Positions 1 to 8,032 of a stretch of DNA of 32,000 nucleotides are shown here, one piece after another. The stretch lies in contig CP149973.1 of assembly GCA_029269845.2 (NCBI GenBank), forward strand, positions 1,920,001 to 1,952,000, in the 5' to 3' direction. The stretch is from Opitutia bacterium KCR 482 (GTDB lineage: Bacteria > Verrucomicrobiota > Verrucomicrobiia > Opitutales > Intestinicryptomonadaceae). How positions within the stretch are numbered: the stretch's first letter is position 1; each line of letters opens with the position of its first letter. Under the pieces are notes generated by a model that searched no databases, was not told the DNA's origin, and saw nothing but the letters and a program-made list of their open reading frames with translations. The position numbers were made by a program, and so were the translations under genes.

Positions 1-1347
1 TTGCGGTTTTTCCGCGTCGCCCACCGCTTTTTCGAGGCCGTATTTTTTCACGGCGGAGTCGTTGGCGTTTACCATCAGCTCCCAATAATTCATGTCGGCA
101 ACGCTCTTTTTTGCGGGTTCTTCCGTGGCGGGCGTCGCGTCTGATTCGGGCGAAGCGGCTTGCGATGAGTTCGCGTCTCCGTTCTCTGGTTGCGTTTCCG
201 ATTGCGCTTCGGTTTGCGCCGCGTTTGCGTCAACCGCGGCTTCCGTTTCCGTTGCGGATTCCGCCTGTTCCTGCGCTTGATGTTCGGCGTCGGGCGTTTC
301 GGACGGGTTTACGGGAATCGCCGTTTCGAAAGATTCGGGGAAGGGCGGCATTCCGAAAAACACCTGCGCGAGCCAGTTTTTAAGCGCGGCTTCGTTTCTG
401 AGCGCGAACCATTCGGGGAGGTCGGCGGGGTTTATGAAATCGGACTCGCCGTTTTGCGACCAGCGCGGCTTTTTCTGCTTTTGCTGTTTCTGCTGCTGGC
501 GGTTGTCGTTGCGGTTGTCGCGCCGCTGTTGCTGGTTTTGCCCGCGTTCCGCGCCCTGCTGGCGGTTGTTGTTTTGCTGGCGGTTTTGCCTGTCGTTGCG
601 GTTGTCGTTGGCGCGCCTGTTGTTTTGGTTGCGGTCGTTGTTGCGGTTGTCGCGCCGCTGTTGCTGCTGGTTTTGGCGGTTGTTGAAGCGGTTAAAATTT
701 TTGTCGCGCGGGTTGCGGCGGTTTTGGGCGTCGCGCGGTTCGTCGTCGTCTGCGGCGTTTTCGTACTCGCGGGCTTCGGCTATTCTGCGCTCGGCGTCGG
801 AGTCGTTGCGGTAGGCGTCGGGGTCGAGGTCTTCGTCTGTCGTGGAAAACGACGTCGGAATTTCGTCGTCGCCGCCGTCCGCGCTGTTTTCGGATTCCGT
901 CGAATCCGCGCCGCTTGCCGTGTAGGCGAAGTCGTCCGACCTGTCGGAGTGCACGAAAATTTCGGACTCGTCGTTGCCGCCGTCCTCCGCGCGTTCGGGT
1001 TCTTCCGATTGCGTAGGGGCGGGGGTGTCGCGCCAAGTAGGCCCGTCGGCGCGGGGGATTTTTGCGCCGCGACCCGCGCCAGACTTTCTCTTCCGCACTT
1101 CGCTGTCGAGCGTTTCGTCGAGCGATTTCGACTGCTGGTTTTGCGCGTCCGCCGCGTTTTGTTCGCCGCCGTGAAATTCGGAAAGCTCCGCCTGCGTTGC
1201 GGATTCCGCCGTTTCGCCGTCGCGGATTTTCCTCGGCCTGCCGCGTTTTTTTGCGGGCTTTTCGGCGTCGGCGATTTCGGGATTCTTGGGTTTTCTGCCG
1301 CGTTTCTTTGCGGGTTCAACGGGTAAATTTTGTTCTTCTTCGTCCAT
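1..1347 (-). CDS. Hypothetical protein, N-terminal 449 codons, continuing past the left edge. Contains AT-hook-like motifs, an acidic tract and an Arg/Asn/Gln/Asp low-complexity tract.
   Basis: Absent from the ORF track because it has no stop in the window. The minus frame is open from ATG 1347-1345 to position 1, and the ATG overlaps the coaE stop (TAATG, 1349-1345). My translation starts MDEEEQNLPVEPAKKRGRKPKNPEIADAEKPAKKRGRPRKIRDGE. A D/E/S-rich stretch follows, then NRQNQQQQRRDNRNNDRNQNNRRANDNRNDRQNRQQNNNRQQ and QNQQQRRDNRNDNRQQQKQQKQKKPRW. It ends SVADMNYWELMVNANDSAVKKYGLEKAVGDAEKPQ at the edge. Codons are GC3-rich like the neighbouring genes. The listed + ORF 190..1326 is its antisense shadow. 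Confidence 0.6.
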   Translation of the reverse strand, partial: MDEEEQNLPVEPAKKRGRKPKNPEIADAEKPAKKRGRPRKIRDGETAESATQAELSEFHGGEQNAADAQNQQSKSLDETLDSEVRKRKSGAGRGAKIPRADGPTWRDTPAPTQSEEPERAEDGGNDESEIFVHSDRSDDFAYTASGADSTESENSADGGDDEIPTSFSTTDEDLDPDAYRNDSDAERRIAEAREYENAADDDEPRDAQNRRNPRDKNFNRFNNRQNQQQQRRDNRNNDRNQNNRRANDNRNDRQNRQQNNNRQQGAERGQNQQQRRDNRNDNRQQQKQQKQKKPRWSQNGESDFINPADLPEWFALRNEAALKNWLAQVFFGMPPFPESFETAIPVNPSETPDAEHQAQEQAESATETEAAVDANAAQTEAQSETQPENGDANSSQAASPESDATPATEEPAKKSVADMNYWELMVNANDSAVKKYGLEKAVGDAEKPQ

Positions 1348-1940
1348 TATGGATTTTTATTTAAACGTGATAGGACAAGCTCTGCCTGCCGTTTTAAAAA
1401 TGCGGTGTCGCTTTCGTTGAAAAGCACGATGTCGGCGAGTTTTGACTTTTGTTCGGGCGGCATTTGGAATGCGTCGCGCCGCGCTATTTGTTCGTCCGAC
1501 ATTCCCCTGTTCGACAGGCGGAATTTCCGCAGTGGTTCGCTACAAAAAACAGTAATGCAGAAATCGAATTTCTTTTCAAGTTTTTTCTCGAAAAGTAGCG
1601 GCACTTCCACCACCGCGATTTTCCCGTCGGGTAGTTTTTCCGCCGCCGCCCGCCATTCCCTTTCGATTGCGGGGTGTATTGCGCGTTCGATTTTCGCGAG
1701 CTTTGCGGCGTCGGAAAAAACCGCCTTTGCAATTTCCGCGCGGTTCGGTTTGCCGTCGGCTCCGTATGCGCGTTCGCCGACCGCGCGTTTGACCGCCGCG
1801 ACCACTTCGGGGTTGTTTTCGAGAGCGGCGTGCGCGAGTTTGTCGGCGTCGAGCACTTTCGCCCCGAGTTCGGCGAAAGCCTGCGCCGCCGCCGATTTCC
1901 CGCAGCCCATTCCGCCCGTCAATGCTATTGTAGTTGCCAT
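1347..1940 (-). CDS. coaE: Dephospho-CoA kinase
   Basis: P-loop at the N-terminus (MATTIALTGGMGCGKSAAAQAF) and about 197 aa, typical CoaE length and layout. I chose the internal ATG at 1940 (M39 of the listed 1347..2054 ORF) because the upstream 38 residues are Arg-rich junk. The stop overlaps the next gene's start. Confidence 0.85.
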   Translation of the reverse strand: MATTIALTGGMGCGKSAAAQAFAELGAKVLDADKLAHAALENNPEVVAAVKRAVGERAYGADGKPNRAEIAKAVFSDAAKLAKIERAIHPAIEREWRAAAEKLPDGKIAVVEVPLLFEKKLEKKFDFCITVFCSEPLRKFRLSNRGMSDEQIARRDAFQMPPEQKSKLADIVLFNESDTAFLKRQAELVLSRLNKNP

Positions 1941-2084
1941 TGTTTTTGTTTCGGAAAGCGTTTTTATTCGGATTGCGCCCATGCGGACTGCGCGTTTTCT
2001 GCGTCCGTTTTTTCTCCGCGCATGCTGTCCGCGCGGTTCGCCCGTTGCCTGCATTTTTGCGGTAGCGCGGGCGCGGAGTTGAGG

Positions 2085-2681
2085 CTACTGCTTGTGCGCC
2101 GCCTTTTGGGCTTTGAGAAAGTCGCGCGTTTCGCGGCGGAGCTTTTTGAGCTTCGGCTCTATCTTGAAAAGCTGGCGCGGTTTGAGCCTGTCGATAAAGC
2201 AGATTCCGTTGAGGTGGTCGAATTCGTGCTGGACGCACCGCGCAAAAAGCCCTTCGCACACGAGTTCGTGGGGAATTCCCTTCGTGTCGAAATATTTCAT
2301 CTTAACGATTTCGCTGCGCTCCACTTCCGCGAAAATTCCGGGGAACGACAGGCAGCCCTCTTCGGCGATTTCCACATACTCGCCTATTTCCTCGACTTCG
2401 GGGTTGACCGCAACGAGCGGCATTGCAAGGTCGAGCGGCAGTTCCTTGCCGTCGAGCTTGAAGCGGCAGGGGGCGTCGGGGTCTGCGCGGCGGCGCATGT
2501 CTATTGCGAACGCGCGTTTGCCGACGTCTATTTGCGGCGCGGCAAGCCCCAGACCGTTTTCTTCGTAGAGGGTTTCGACCAAGTCGCGCCCAAGCTCCTC
2601 GACCGATTCGTCGAAGTTTTCGATTTTCGCCGCCTTAGCTTTGAGGACGGGTTCGCCGAATTTTGTGAGGCGTCTCAGCAT
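2085..2681 (-). CDS. def: Peptide deformylase
   Basis: All three deformylase motifs are present: GLGLAAPQI, EGCLSFPG and HEFDHLNG. Start set at ATG 2681 (MLRRLTKFGEPVLK), which is M43 of the listed ORF 2085..2807. Confidence 0.92.
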   Translation of the reverse strand: MLRRLTKFGEPVLKAKAAKIENFDESVEELGRDLVETLYEENGLGLAAPQIDVGKRAFAIDMRRRADPDAPCRFKLDGKELPLDLAMPLVAVNPEVEEIGEYVEIAEEGCLSFPGIFAEVERSEIVKMKYFDTKGIPHELVCEGLFARCVQHEFDHLNGICFIDRLKPRQLFKIEPKLKKLRRETRDFLKAQKAAHKQ

Positions 2682-2683
2682 TG

Positions 2684-3145
2684 CTATTCCTTGTCCTGCC
2701 GCTCCTCGCGCGGGACTTTTCCGTTTGTGCGCAGCACGAGCACCGGCTCTTTTGTCTTCACCCAGATTTTGTGCTCTTTGTAGAGTTTTGCCGAGCCGAA
2801 TTCGCACGCTTCCGCGATTGTCTTAATGGGCATGCGCCTGCCTTTCGGGGTCAGGTTGAAGTCGTAGACGCCCTTGTGGAGTTTTTCGAGAGCCTCCATC
2901 GGGGCGGCGTCTTCGGGAATCTGGACTACCCAGCCCTGATATTCGAAGCCCGTTTCGCCGATTTTTCCGTAGGGGTCGTTCACAACGATTACAAATTGTT
3001 TTTTTACGGCGGGCTCTTTTTCGCCGTCATTGTCCTTCTGTTTGGATTCGAATTTCAAATCCTCCATAATTTGCGATATTTTGCGGGCGTCCAAATCCGC
3101 CCGTTGGAGAATCATCTGCACCAGTTCAATGTCTACTTTTGCCAT
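2684..3145 (-). CDS. Hypothetical protein (153 aa)
   Basis: Clean ORF whose stop lies 2 nt upstream of the def start, so it is co-directional and tightly packed with def. Host-like codon usage. I recognise no motif. Confidence 0.65.
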   Translation of the reverse strand: MAKVDIELVQMILQRADLDARKISQIMEDLKFESKQKDNDGEKEPAVKKQFVIVVNDPYGKIGETGFEYQGWVVQIPEDAAPMEALEKLHKGVYDFNLTPKGRRMPIKTIAEACEFGSAKLYKEHKIWVKTKEPVLVLRTNGKVPREERQDKE

Positions 3146-3345
3146 GGTTGCAAAGGTAAGTCTATCGGCGCGGGTTTGTCAACATTTTCGGGCGGGCATG
3201 CGCCGATTGCCGCCCGCGTGCGCAAATATGGCTTGCTTTTCGTTGAAAGAAGTCTAAGCCCTAATATCCGAATATTATTGCGCGGTCGGAAAGTCGGGCG
3301 TTTTCAGGCTTTGATTCAGCCGCGGCACGGAAATTCGGATTTATT

Positions 3346-5001
3346 ATGAATTGGCTATCGACTCTGTTTTTCGGAACGGGAATCGCGCACAGCGTTCTCG
3401 TTCTTGCTATCGTCATTGCGCTCGGCGTGGTTTTTGGCAAGGTGAAAGTGGCGGGCATTTCGCTCGGCATCACTTGGATTTTGTTCGTGGGAATCGCGTT
3501 CGGACACTTCAAAATGGGTATCGAACCCAATACCCTCCACTTTATCAAGGAGTTCGGGCTGATTTTGTTCATTTATTCGATAGGCTTGCAGGTCGGCCCC
3601 GGTTTCTTTTCGTCGTTTAAAAAGACGGGTCTGCGGCTCAACTCCATTGCCATGGGCGTCGTCTTCATGGGCGTGATTACAACGTGCGTGGTCTCGTTCG
3701 TCTTCGACATGCCGATGTCCACGATGGTCGGCATTCTGTCGGGCGCGGTGACCAACACCCCCGGCCTCGGCGCGGCGTCGCAAACTTACTTCGACATCTT
3801 CGGAAAGGACGACCCCACAATCTCCCTCGGCTACGCCGTCGCCTACCCGCTCGGCGTAATCGGCGTAATTTCCTCCATGATTATCATCAAGGCGGTTTTC
3901 AGGATTTCATTCGAGCGCGAAATGAAGGAAATCGAAGCCCGCAGCGGCGCAAAAGAGGGCGCGATGAGGATTTCCATTGTCATGGCGAACCCCTCGCTCT
4001 TCGGCAAAAAGGTTGACGACGTAGTGCGCCTTGCCGCAAAGCGTTTCGTGATTTCGCGCGTTTGCGACCGCGACGGACACATCGAAGTTGCGTGCGCCGA
4101 AACCGTCCTGCGCGAGGGCGACAAAATCCTCGTGGTTTGCGACCACAAAGACGCCGACTTCCTCGGCGCGTTCCTCGGCGAGAGAATCGACATGGAGTGG
4201 CAGAAGCTCGATTCGGGGCTTGAAGCGCGCCGCATAATGATTACAAACCACGACGTCAACGGCAAGACGCTCGGCAAGCTTGGGCTTTTCGGCGGATTCT
4301 CGTTCAACATCACGCGCGTGAACCGCGCGGGTATCGACCTCGTAGCCCACCCCGACTTGCAGTTGCAGGTTGGCGACCGCGTGACGGTCGTAGGCTCGTC
4401 GGCGGCGATTGCAAACGTCGAAAAGGTGCTCGGCAACTCCCTCCTGAAACTCAGACAGCCCAACCTTTTCCCGATTTTTCTCGGAATTTTCCTCGGTGTG
4501 TTCCTGGGCTCGATTCCGTTTTCGTTCCCCGGGATTCCGCAACCCGTGAAGCTCGGCTTGGCGGGCGGCCCGCTTGTGGTCTCCATTCTTTTGAGCCGCT
4601 TCGGTTCGCGCTTCAAAATGGTGACGTTTACAACGGTCAGCGCAAGCTTGATGTTGCGCGAAGTCGGCATTGCGCTCTTCTTGGCGGGGGTCGGCATAGG
4701 CGCGGGCGACCAGTTTGTTTCGACCATTCTCAACGGCGGCTACAAGTGGATTGGCTACGGCTTCATAATCACGATGGTGCCGATGTTGACGATGGGCGTC
4801 TTGGGGCGCATTTTGTTGAAGGTTGACTACTTTACGCTTATCGGCGTTTTGTCGGGCAGCACAACGAACCCGCCCGCGCTGGCGTACTCGAACGCGACAA
4901 GCGGCAACGACATGCCCGCGGTAGGCTACGCAACGGTCTATCCGCTGACAATGTTCATGAGAGTATTAACAGCGCAACTACTGATTATATTCGCCAGCTA
5001 A
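3346..5001 (+). CDS. YidE/YbjL-family (AspT/AAE-type) putative transporter with central RCK_C/TrkA_C domains
   Basis: 551 aa. Hydrophobic N- and C-terminal halves (MNWLSTLFFGTGIAHSVLVLAIVIALGVVFG..., ...GSTTNPPALAY...) flank a soluble middle of about 170 aa with two TrkA_C-like repeats (REGDKILVVC..., VGDRVTVVGS...). This matches the YidE/YbjL architecture and length. Confidence 0.85.
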   Translation: MNWLSTLFFGTGIAHSVLVLAIVIALGVVFGKVKVAGISLGITWILFVGIAFGHFKMGIEPNTLHFIKEFGLILFIYSIGLQVGPGFFSSFKKTGLRLNSIAMGVVFMGVITTCVVSFVFDMPMSTMVGILSGAVTNTPGLGAASQTYFDIFGKDDPTISLGYAVAYPLGVIGVISSMIIIKAVFRISFEREMKEIEARSGAKEGAMRISIVMANPSLFGKKVDDVVRLAAKRFVISRVCDRDGHIEVACAETVLREGDKILVVCDHKDADFLGAFLGERIDMEWQKLDSGLEARRIMITNHDVNGKTLGKLGLFGGFSFNITRVNRAGIDLVAHPDLQLQVGDRVTVVGSSAAIANVEKVLGNSLLKLRQPNLFPIFLGIFLGVFLGSIPFSFPGIPQPVKLGLAGGPLVVSILLSRFGSRFKMVTFTTVSASLMLREVGIALFLAGVGIGAGDQFVSTILNGGYKWIGYGFIITMVPMLTMGVLGRILLKVDYFTLIGVLSGSTTNPPALAYSNATSGNDMPAVGYATVYPLTMFMRVLTAQLLIIFAS

Positions 5002-5303
5002 GAACGGCGCGTTATAGCACCGTTGATGCGGCGTTTCCCCGCACTTGCGGACTGCTCGCGTACAATAGTACGCCACGCACCCCGCAATCGCGTGAAAGCC
5101 ACCGCCTGAACGGCACTTTGACGCCCCTAAAAATCAGCGCTAACGCACGAAGACGGCGCGTGAAAGCACTTCCCTAAGGGCGTTTCCCTGTACGCGTAGA
5201 CCGCTCGCGTACGATAAGTACGCCACGCGCCCTCCGCGCACAGGAAAGCTACCCTTATGAAAGCATTTTGACGCGCCTATCAAGTGAGTGCTAACGCACA
5301 AAG
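5002..5303 (+). repeat. Two tandem ~150-nt diverged repeat units (about 5002-5151 and 5152-5303), each an extended imperfect palindrome
   Basis: The units align end to end. Shared blocks include acggcgcg, gcgtttccc, gctcGCGTAC-loop-GTACGCcacgc, gaaagc, tttgacgc and gctaacgcac. Each has an apical hairpin, GCGTACaataGTACGC in unit A and GCGTACgataaGTACGC in unit B. The flanking arms differ in sequence yet pair in both units: TTGCGG/CCGCAA in A and CCTGTACGCG/CGCGCACAGG in B. Each also has a closing stem, GCGTTA/TAACGC in A and GCGT..AGCAC/GTGCT.ACGC in B. Confidence 0.75.
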
Positions 5304-5348
5304 TTTTTTAGGTCGTTTGGGGATAAAAGTTGGGGTGATTGGTTTGCG

Positions 5349-5380
5349 GAGAATCTGCGTTTGCGGATTCCCGTTTTTTT
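5349..5380 (+). terminator. Intrinsic terminator (hairpin plus T7)
   Basis: Stem GAATCTGC/GCGGATTC (5351-5358 with 5363-5370, loop gttt) contains one U-G wobble that pairs only in the + sense RNA. It is followed by ccg and TTTTTTT (5374-5380). Confidence 0.6.
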
Positions 5381-5412
5381 CGCGCAAAGCGCGTCTATTT
5401 TTATTTGTTTTT
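5381..5412 (+). terminator. Second, weaker terminator-like hairpin with a T-rich tail
   Basis: CGCGCaaaGCGCG (5381-5393) followed by tctatttttatttgtttttt. Confidence 0.35.
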
Positions 5413-5442
5413 TGCCGATAAAAATTTTCTCCAATGTAAGTA

Positions 5443-5629
5443 ATTGCCAAGGGCAATACGGACTTAACGGGAAAAGGCGCGGTTATAGCCGCGCCGAATT
5501 ATCACAGAAAGGAACGAAGTTTCGACCGGCGCGGCTCGCCTGTGGGGGTGGAGGCGGAGAAATTTTGCAAAGCAAAATCCGCCTCATGGGGGCAAAGCCC
5601 CCATCTGCGCCGTACAGGCTGCAGCCTGT
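5443..5629. other. Cluster of five perfect hairpins/palindromes (candidate structured RNA or REP-like element)
   Basis: ATTGCCaagGGCAAT (5443-5457). GGCGCGGttatagCCGCGCC (5476-5495). GAGGCGGA..TTTTGCaaaGCAAAA..TCCGCCTC (5551-5585). ATGGGGGCaaaGCCCCCAT (5586-5604). ACAGGCTGCAGCCTGT (5614-5629). No convincing ORF. Strand undetermined because all stems are Watson-Crick. Confidence 0.4.
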
Positions 5630-5633
5630 GAAC

Positions 5634-5661
5634 TTGACTACTTATTTTGGTGTCTTATAAT
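5634..5661 (+). promoter_or_regulatory. Sigma70-like promoter for the 5690 operon
   Basis: TTGACT (5634-5639), a 16-nt spacer, then TATAAT (5656-5661). It lies about 30 nt upstream of the RBS AAAGGA and ATG 5690. Confidence 0.5.
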
Positions 5662-5689
5662 GGATTGAGATTTTAAAGAAAGGATAGAA

Positions 5690-7099
5690 ATGAAAGAGAG
5701 AGCCATGTTTGTAGCGGCGGCGTTTTTTGCGTCGTGCCCGTTTGTTTTTGCCGATTTTGTTTCGGACGTCGAGGACGTCCGTGCGCGGAATTGGAGCGCG
5801 TCCGTTTCGTTCAACGAGGCGGTAAATTCGGCGTCGTCGTATTTTTCGCTGATGAACAAAATGCGCGACAGCTCGCAACAGATACTCGACGACGCCAATT
5901 CGGTTTCGCAAAAGTCGGCGTCCGCGCTCGCGAACTTGGAGTCTTTGGAGGGCGGCTTTTCGGCGTTCAAGACGTCGTTCGAGGCAAACGTGCGCAACTG
6001 CGACGTTTCGGCAAAGTCGCTCGCTGCCGCGCTCAAAGACTTGCCGCTGGGGCGTGAGCGCATCGACCGAATCCGCAAACTCGTCGGCGAAACGCGCAAG
6101 AGCGTCTCGCAAAACGCGGGGGACAATTTTCAGGACAAACGCTATTTCGACTCCGTCGCCTCGCGCTTCGATTCGGCGGTGAACGCGCTGGCATCGGCGC
6201 AGGCTTGGGCGTCGCGCGTGTCGGTCATGGCGTCGGTAAACGCGCCGCGCGTTGAGGGAATAAAATCGACCCTTTCGGCGGCGAAAGACTACATCTCGAA
6301 GACCTCGGAGGCGGAGTCCAAAAACGCAAAATCCGCAAAGGAAGTTTCCGAGACCGTGTCGAAGTTCGCGGAGGAGTTCGGCGCGGCTCTTTCGCGCTAC
6401 GAAGACTTGGGCGAAATCTGCCAAGACGCGCGTTCGCTCGCGCTTTCGGCGGCGTTCAAAACAAACGCGTTCGTGCTCAACACTCTTTCGAAGTCGGAAA
6501 AGTACGGGAGGGAGATTTTCGCGCAGGCGGAAGCCGTAAACCTTTCGTCAATGCCGTCGTACTACCGACCGAGCCTTTCTAAAAAGCAAGAATCCGCCGT
6601 AATTTCGGCGAGGAAGGCGAAGTCGGCGCAACCTTTGTACGCCGAATGCGCGTTGGCAGACGGCGGGGCGGGCGTAGCGTCGCGCGCGAACTTCGCGGTC
6701 GGCGGAGCTTCCGCTCCCGACAAGAGCAAAGTCCGCGCTGAAATAGTCTCCGCCTGCGCCGAAATCGAATTCGTTTCCGCGGAGCTTCGCGCTGCGGCGG
6801 AAACGCTCAACCAGATTGCCTCCTCCGCGGAGGCTTCGCTTTCGGCAATCTCGAACTTGGAGGGCGGGGCGTCGAAAATTTTGCGCTCGTCGATAGACGC
6901 GTACGCGCGGTCTCAGACTCTATCGACCGACATTCTTCTGCTCGGCATAAACATCAAGACGTTTACCGCGCAGAACAAAATTTCGTCCGCAAAAATGGGC
7001 GAACTTTTCGCCGCGTCGAAGTCGGAATTCGAAAAGGCGAAGCGCGGCGCGGAGGCAATCGAGTCGAAACTCGCCGAGCTCTCAAAAGAGGTTAAATAG
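5690..7099 (+). CDS. Secreted Ala/Ser-rich, predicted all-helical protein (469 aa), function unknown
   Basis: Signal peptide MKERAMFVAAAFFASCPFVFA|DF. Strong Ala/Ser/Glu/Lys bias with no long hydrophobic segment. Recurring internal motif (ANLESLEGGFSAF and ISNLEGGASKIL). Good RBS (AAAGGA). Confidence 0.75.
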   Translation: MKERAMFVAAAFFASCPFVFADFVSDVEDVRARNWSASVSFNEAVNSASSYFSLMNKMRDSSQQILDDANSVSQKSASALANLESLEGGFSAFKTSFEANVRNCDVSAKSLAAALKDLPLGRERIDRIRKLVGETRKSVSQNAGDNFQDKRYFDSVASRFDSAVNALASAQAWASRVSVMASVNAPRVEGIKSTLSAAKDYISKTSEAESKNAKSAKEVSETVSKFAEEFGAALSRYEDLGEICQDARSLALSAAFKTNAFVLNTLSKSEKYGREIFAQAEAVNLSSMPSYYRPSLSKKQESAVISARKAKSAQPLYAECALADGGAGVASRANFAVGGASAPDKSKVRAEIVSACAEIEFVSAELRAAAETLNQIASSAEASLSAISNLEGGASKILRSSIDAYARSQTLSTDILLLGINIKTFTAQNKISSAKMGELFAASKSEFEKAKRGAEAIESKLAELSKEVK

Positions 7100-7105
7100 C
7101 CCGAT

Positions 7106-8032
7106 ATGCGCCAGCTCTTTCGGCTATTCGCCGCCGCCGCGGCTCTTTCCGCGTCCGTTTTTGCCTTCGCCGAAACGGGCGATTCGCGCATAGCGGACGC
7201 GGGCGCGAAAATACTTTTGACCCGCGCCGAACGCGGCGATACCGACTCGAAAATGTCGGTCGCCCTCAGCTACGCGCAGGGCGAAAAGGGATTCCCCAAA
7301 GACGCCGCGTCCGCCGCGAAATGGTTTTTGTCGGCGGCGGACGACGGCAACGCCTACGCGCAGAATTTTGCGGCGTCGGCGTACGCAAAAGGCGAGGGCG
7401 TGCCGAAAGACGAACGCCTCGCCGCGGAGTGGTGGAAAAAGGCGGCGGACGCGGGCTATCCCGAGGCGATGTTCAACTTGGCGGCATGCCACTCAAAGGG
7501 CTTCGGTGTGCCGAAAGACTACAAGGCGGCTGTCGAGTGGTGGGTCAAGGCGGCAGAGGCGGGGCACGCCGCCGCGCAGTTCAACGTGGCCGCGCTTTGC
7601 ATAAACGGGAGCTATCTCGAAAAATCGCTTCCGCGCGGAATCGGCTGGCTGAAAAAGTCGGCTGAGGGCGGCAACAGGGACGCCCAAACCGCGCTTGCGG
7701 GATACTACTATCACGGCGTCGGCGTGAACGCCTCGAAGACCGAGGCGGCGCGGCTGTGGAAGTCGGCGGCGGACGCGGGCGACTTGTTCGCGCAGAAAAA
7801 TCTCGCCCTGATGTACCTGCGCGGCGACGGCATTCCCGCCGACAAAAAGGCGTTTGTTAAATACACGCTTCTTGCCGCCGAAAACGGGGACGTCGATTCC
7901 CTCTACAACATGGGCGTTGTTTTCGAGACGGGCGACGGAGTGGAGATGGACACCGAACGCGCGTCGGAGTATTACCGCCGCGCCGCCGCAAAGGGGCACG
8001 CCGAGGCGGTGAAGCGTCTTGAACGCAAATAG
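7106..8032 (+). CDS. Sel1-like (SLR/TPR-family) repeat protein, secreted
   Basis: Signal peptide MRQLFRLFAAAAALSASVFAFA. About seven ~36-aa repeats with the Sel1 signature (A..W..KAA..G...AQ..LA..Y..G.GV..D). Starts 6 nt after the upstream stop, so likely co-transcribed. Confidence 0.88.
   Translation: MRQLFRLFAAAAALSASVFAFAETGDSRIADAGAKILLTRAERGDTDSKMSVALSYAQGEKGFPKDAASAAKWFLSAADDGNAYAQNFAASAYAKGEGVPKDERLAAEWWKKAADAGYPEAMFNLAACHSKGFGVPKDYKAAVEWWVKAAEAGHAAAQFNVAALCINGSYLEKSLPRGIGWLKKSAEGGNRDAQTALAGYYYHGVGVNASKTEAARLWKSAADAGDLFAQKNLALMYLRGDGIPADKKAFVKYTLLAAENGDVDSLYNMGVVFETGDGVEMDTERASEYYRRAAAKGHAEAVKRLERK

Noticed and set aside
190-1326. 378-aa + strand ORF (and 434..814, 111..383) rich in L/V/A/F/R
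   Set aside because: It is the antisense shadow of the minus-strand low-complexity gene. Its LLLVVAVV runs are the complement of the RNQD codon repeats. It has no RBS and no plausible domain, and the minus frame is translationally coupled to coaE.
5002-5303. Possibility that the tandem repeats are a CRISPR array
   Set aside because: There are only two units of about 150 nt, directly abutting with no spacers. The units are diverged rather than identical, and no cas genes are in the window.
5440-5630. Known housekeeping RNAs or riboswitches (tmRNA, SRP/4.5S, RNase P, 6S, cobalamin, c-di-GMP-I) in the hairpin cluster
   Set aside because: I could not find the signature boxes on either strand: the tmRNA tag ORF and GGGG...CCACCA ends, the SRP GGAA/AGCA motif, RNase P GAGGAAAGTCC, or the B12 box GCCACTG. 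The region is kept only as an unclassified structured region.
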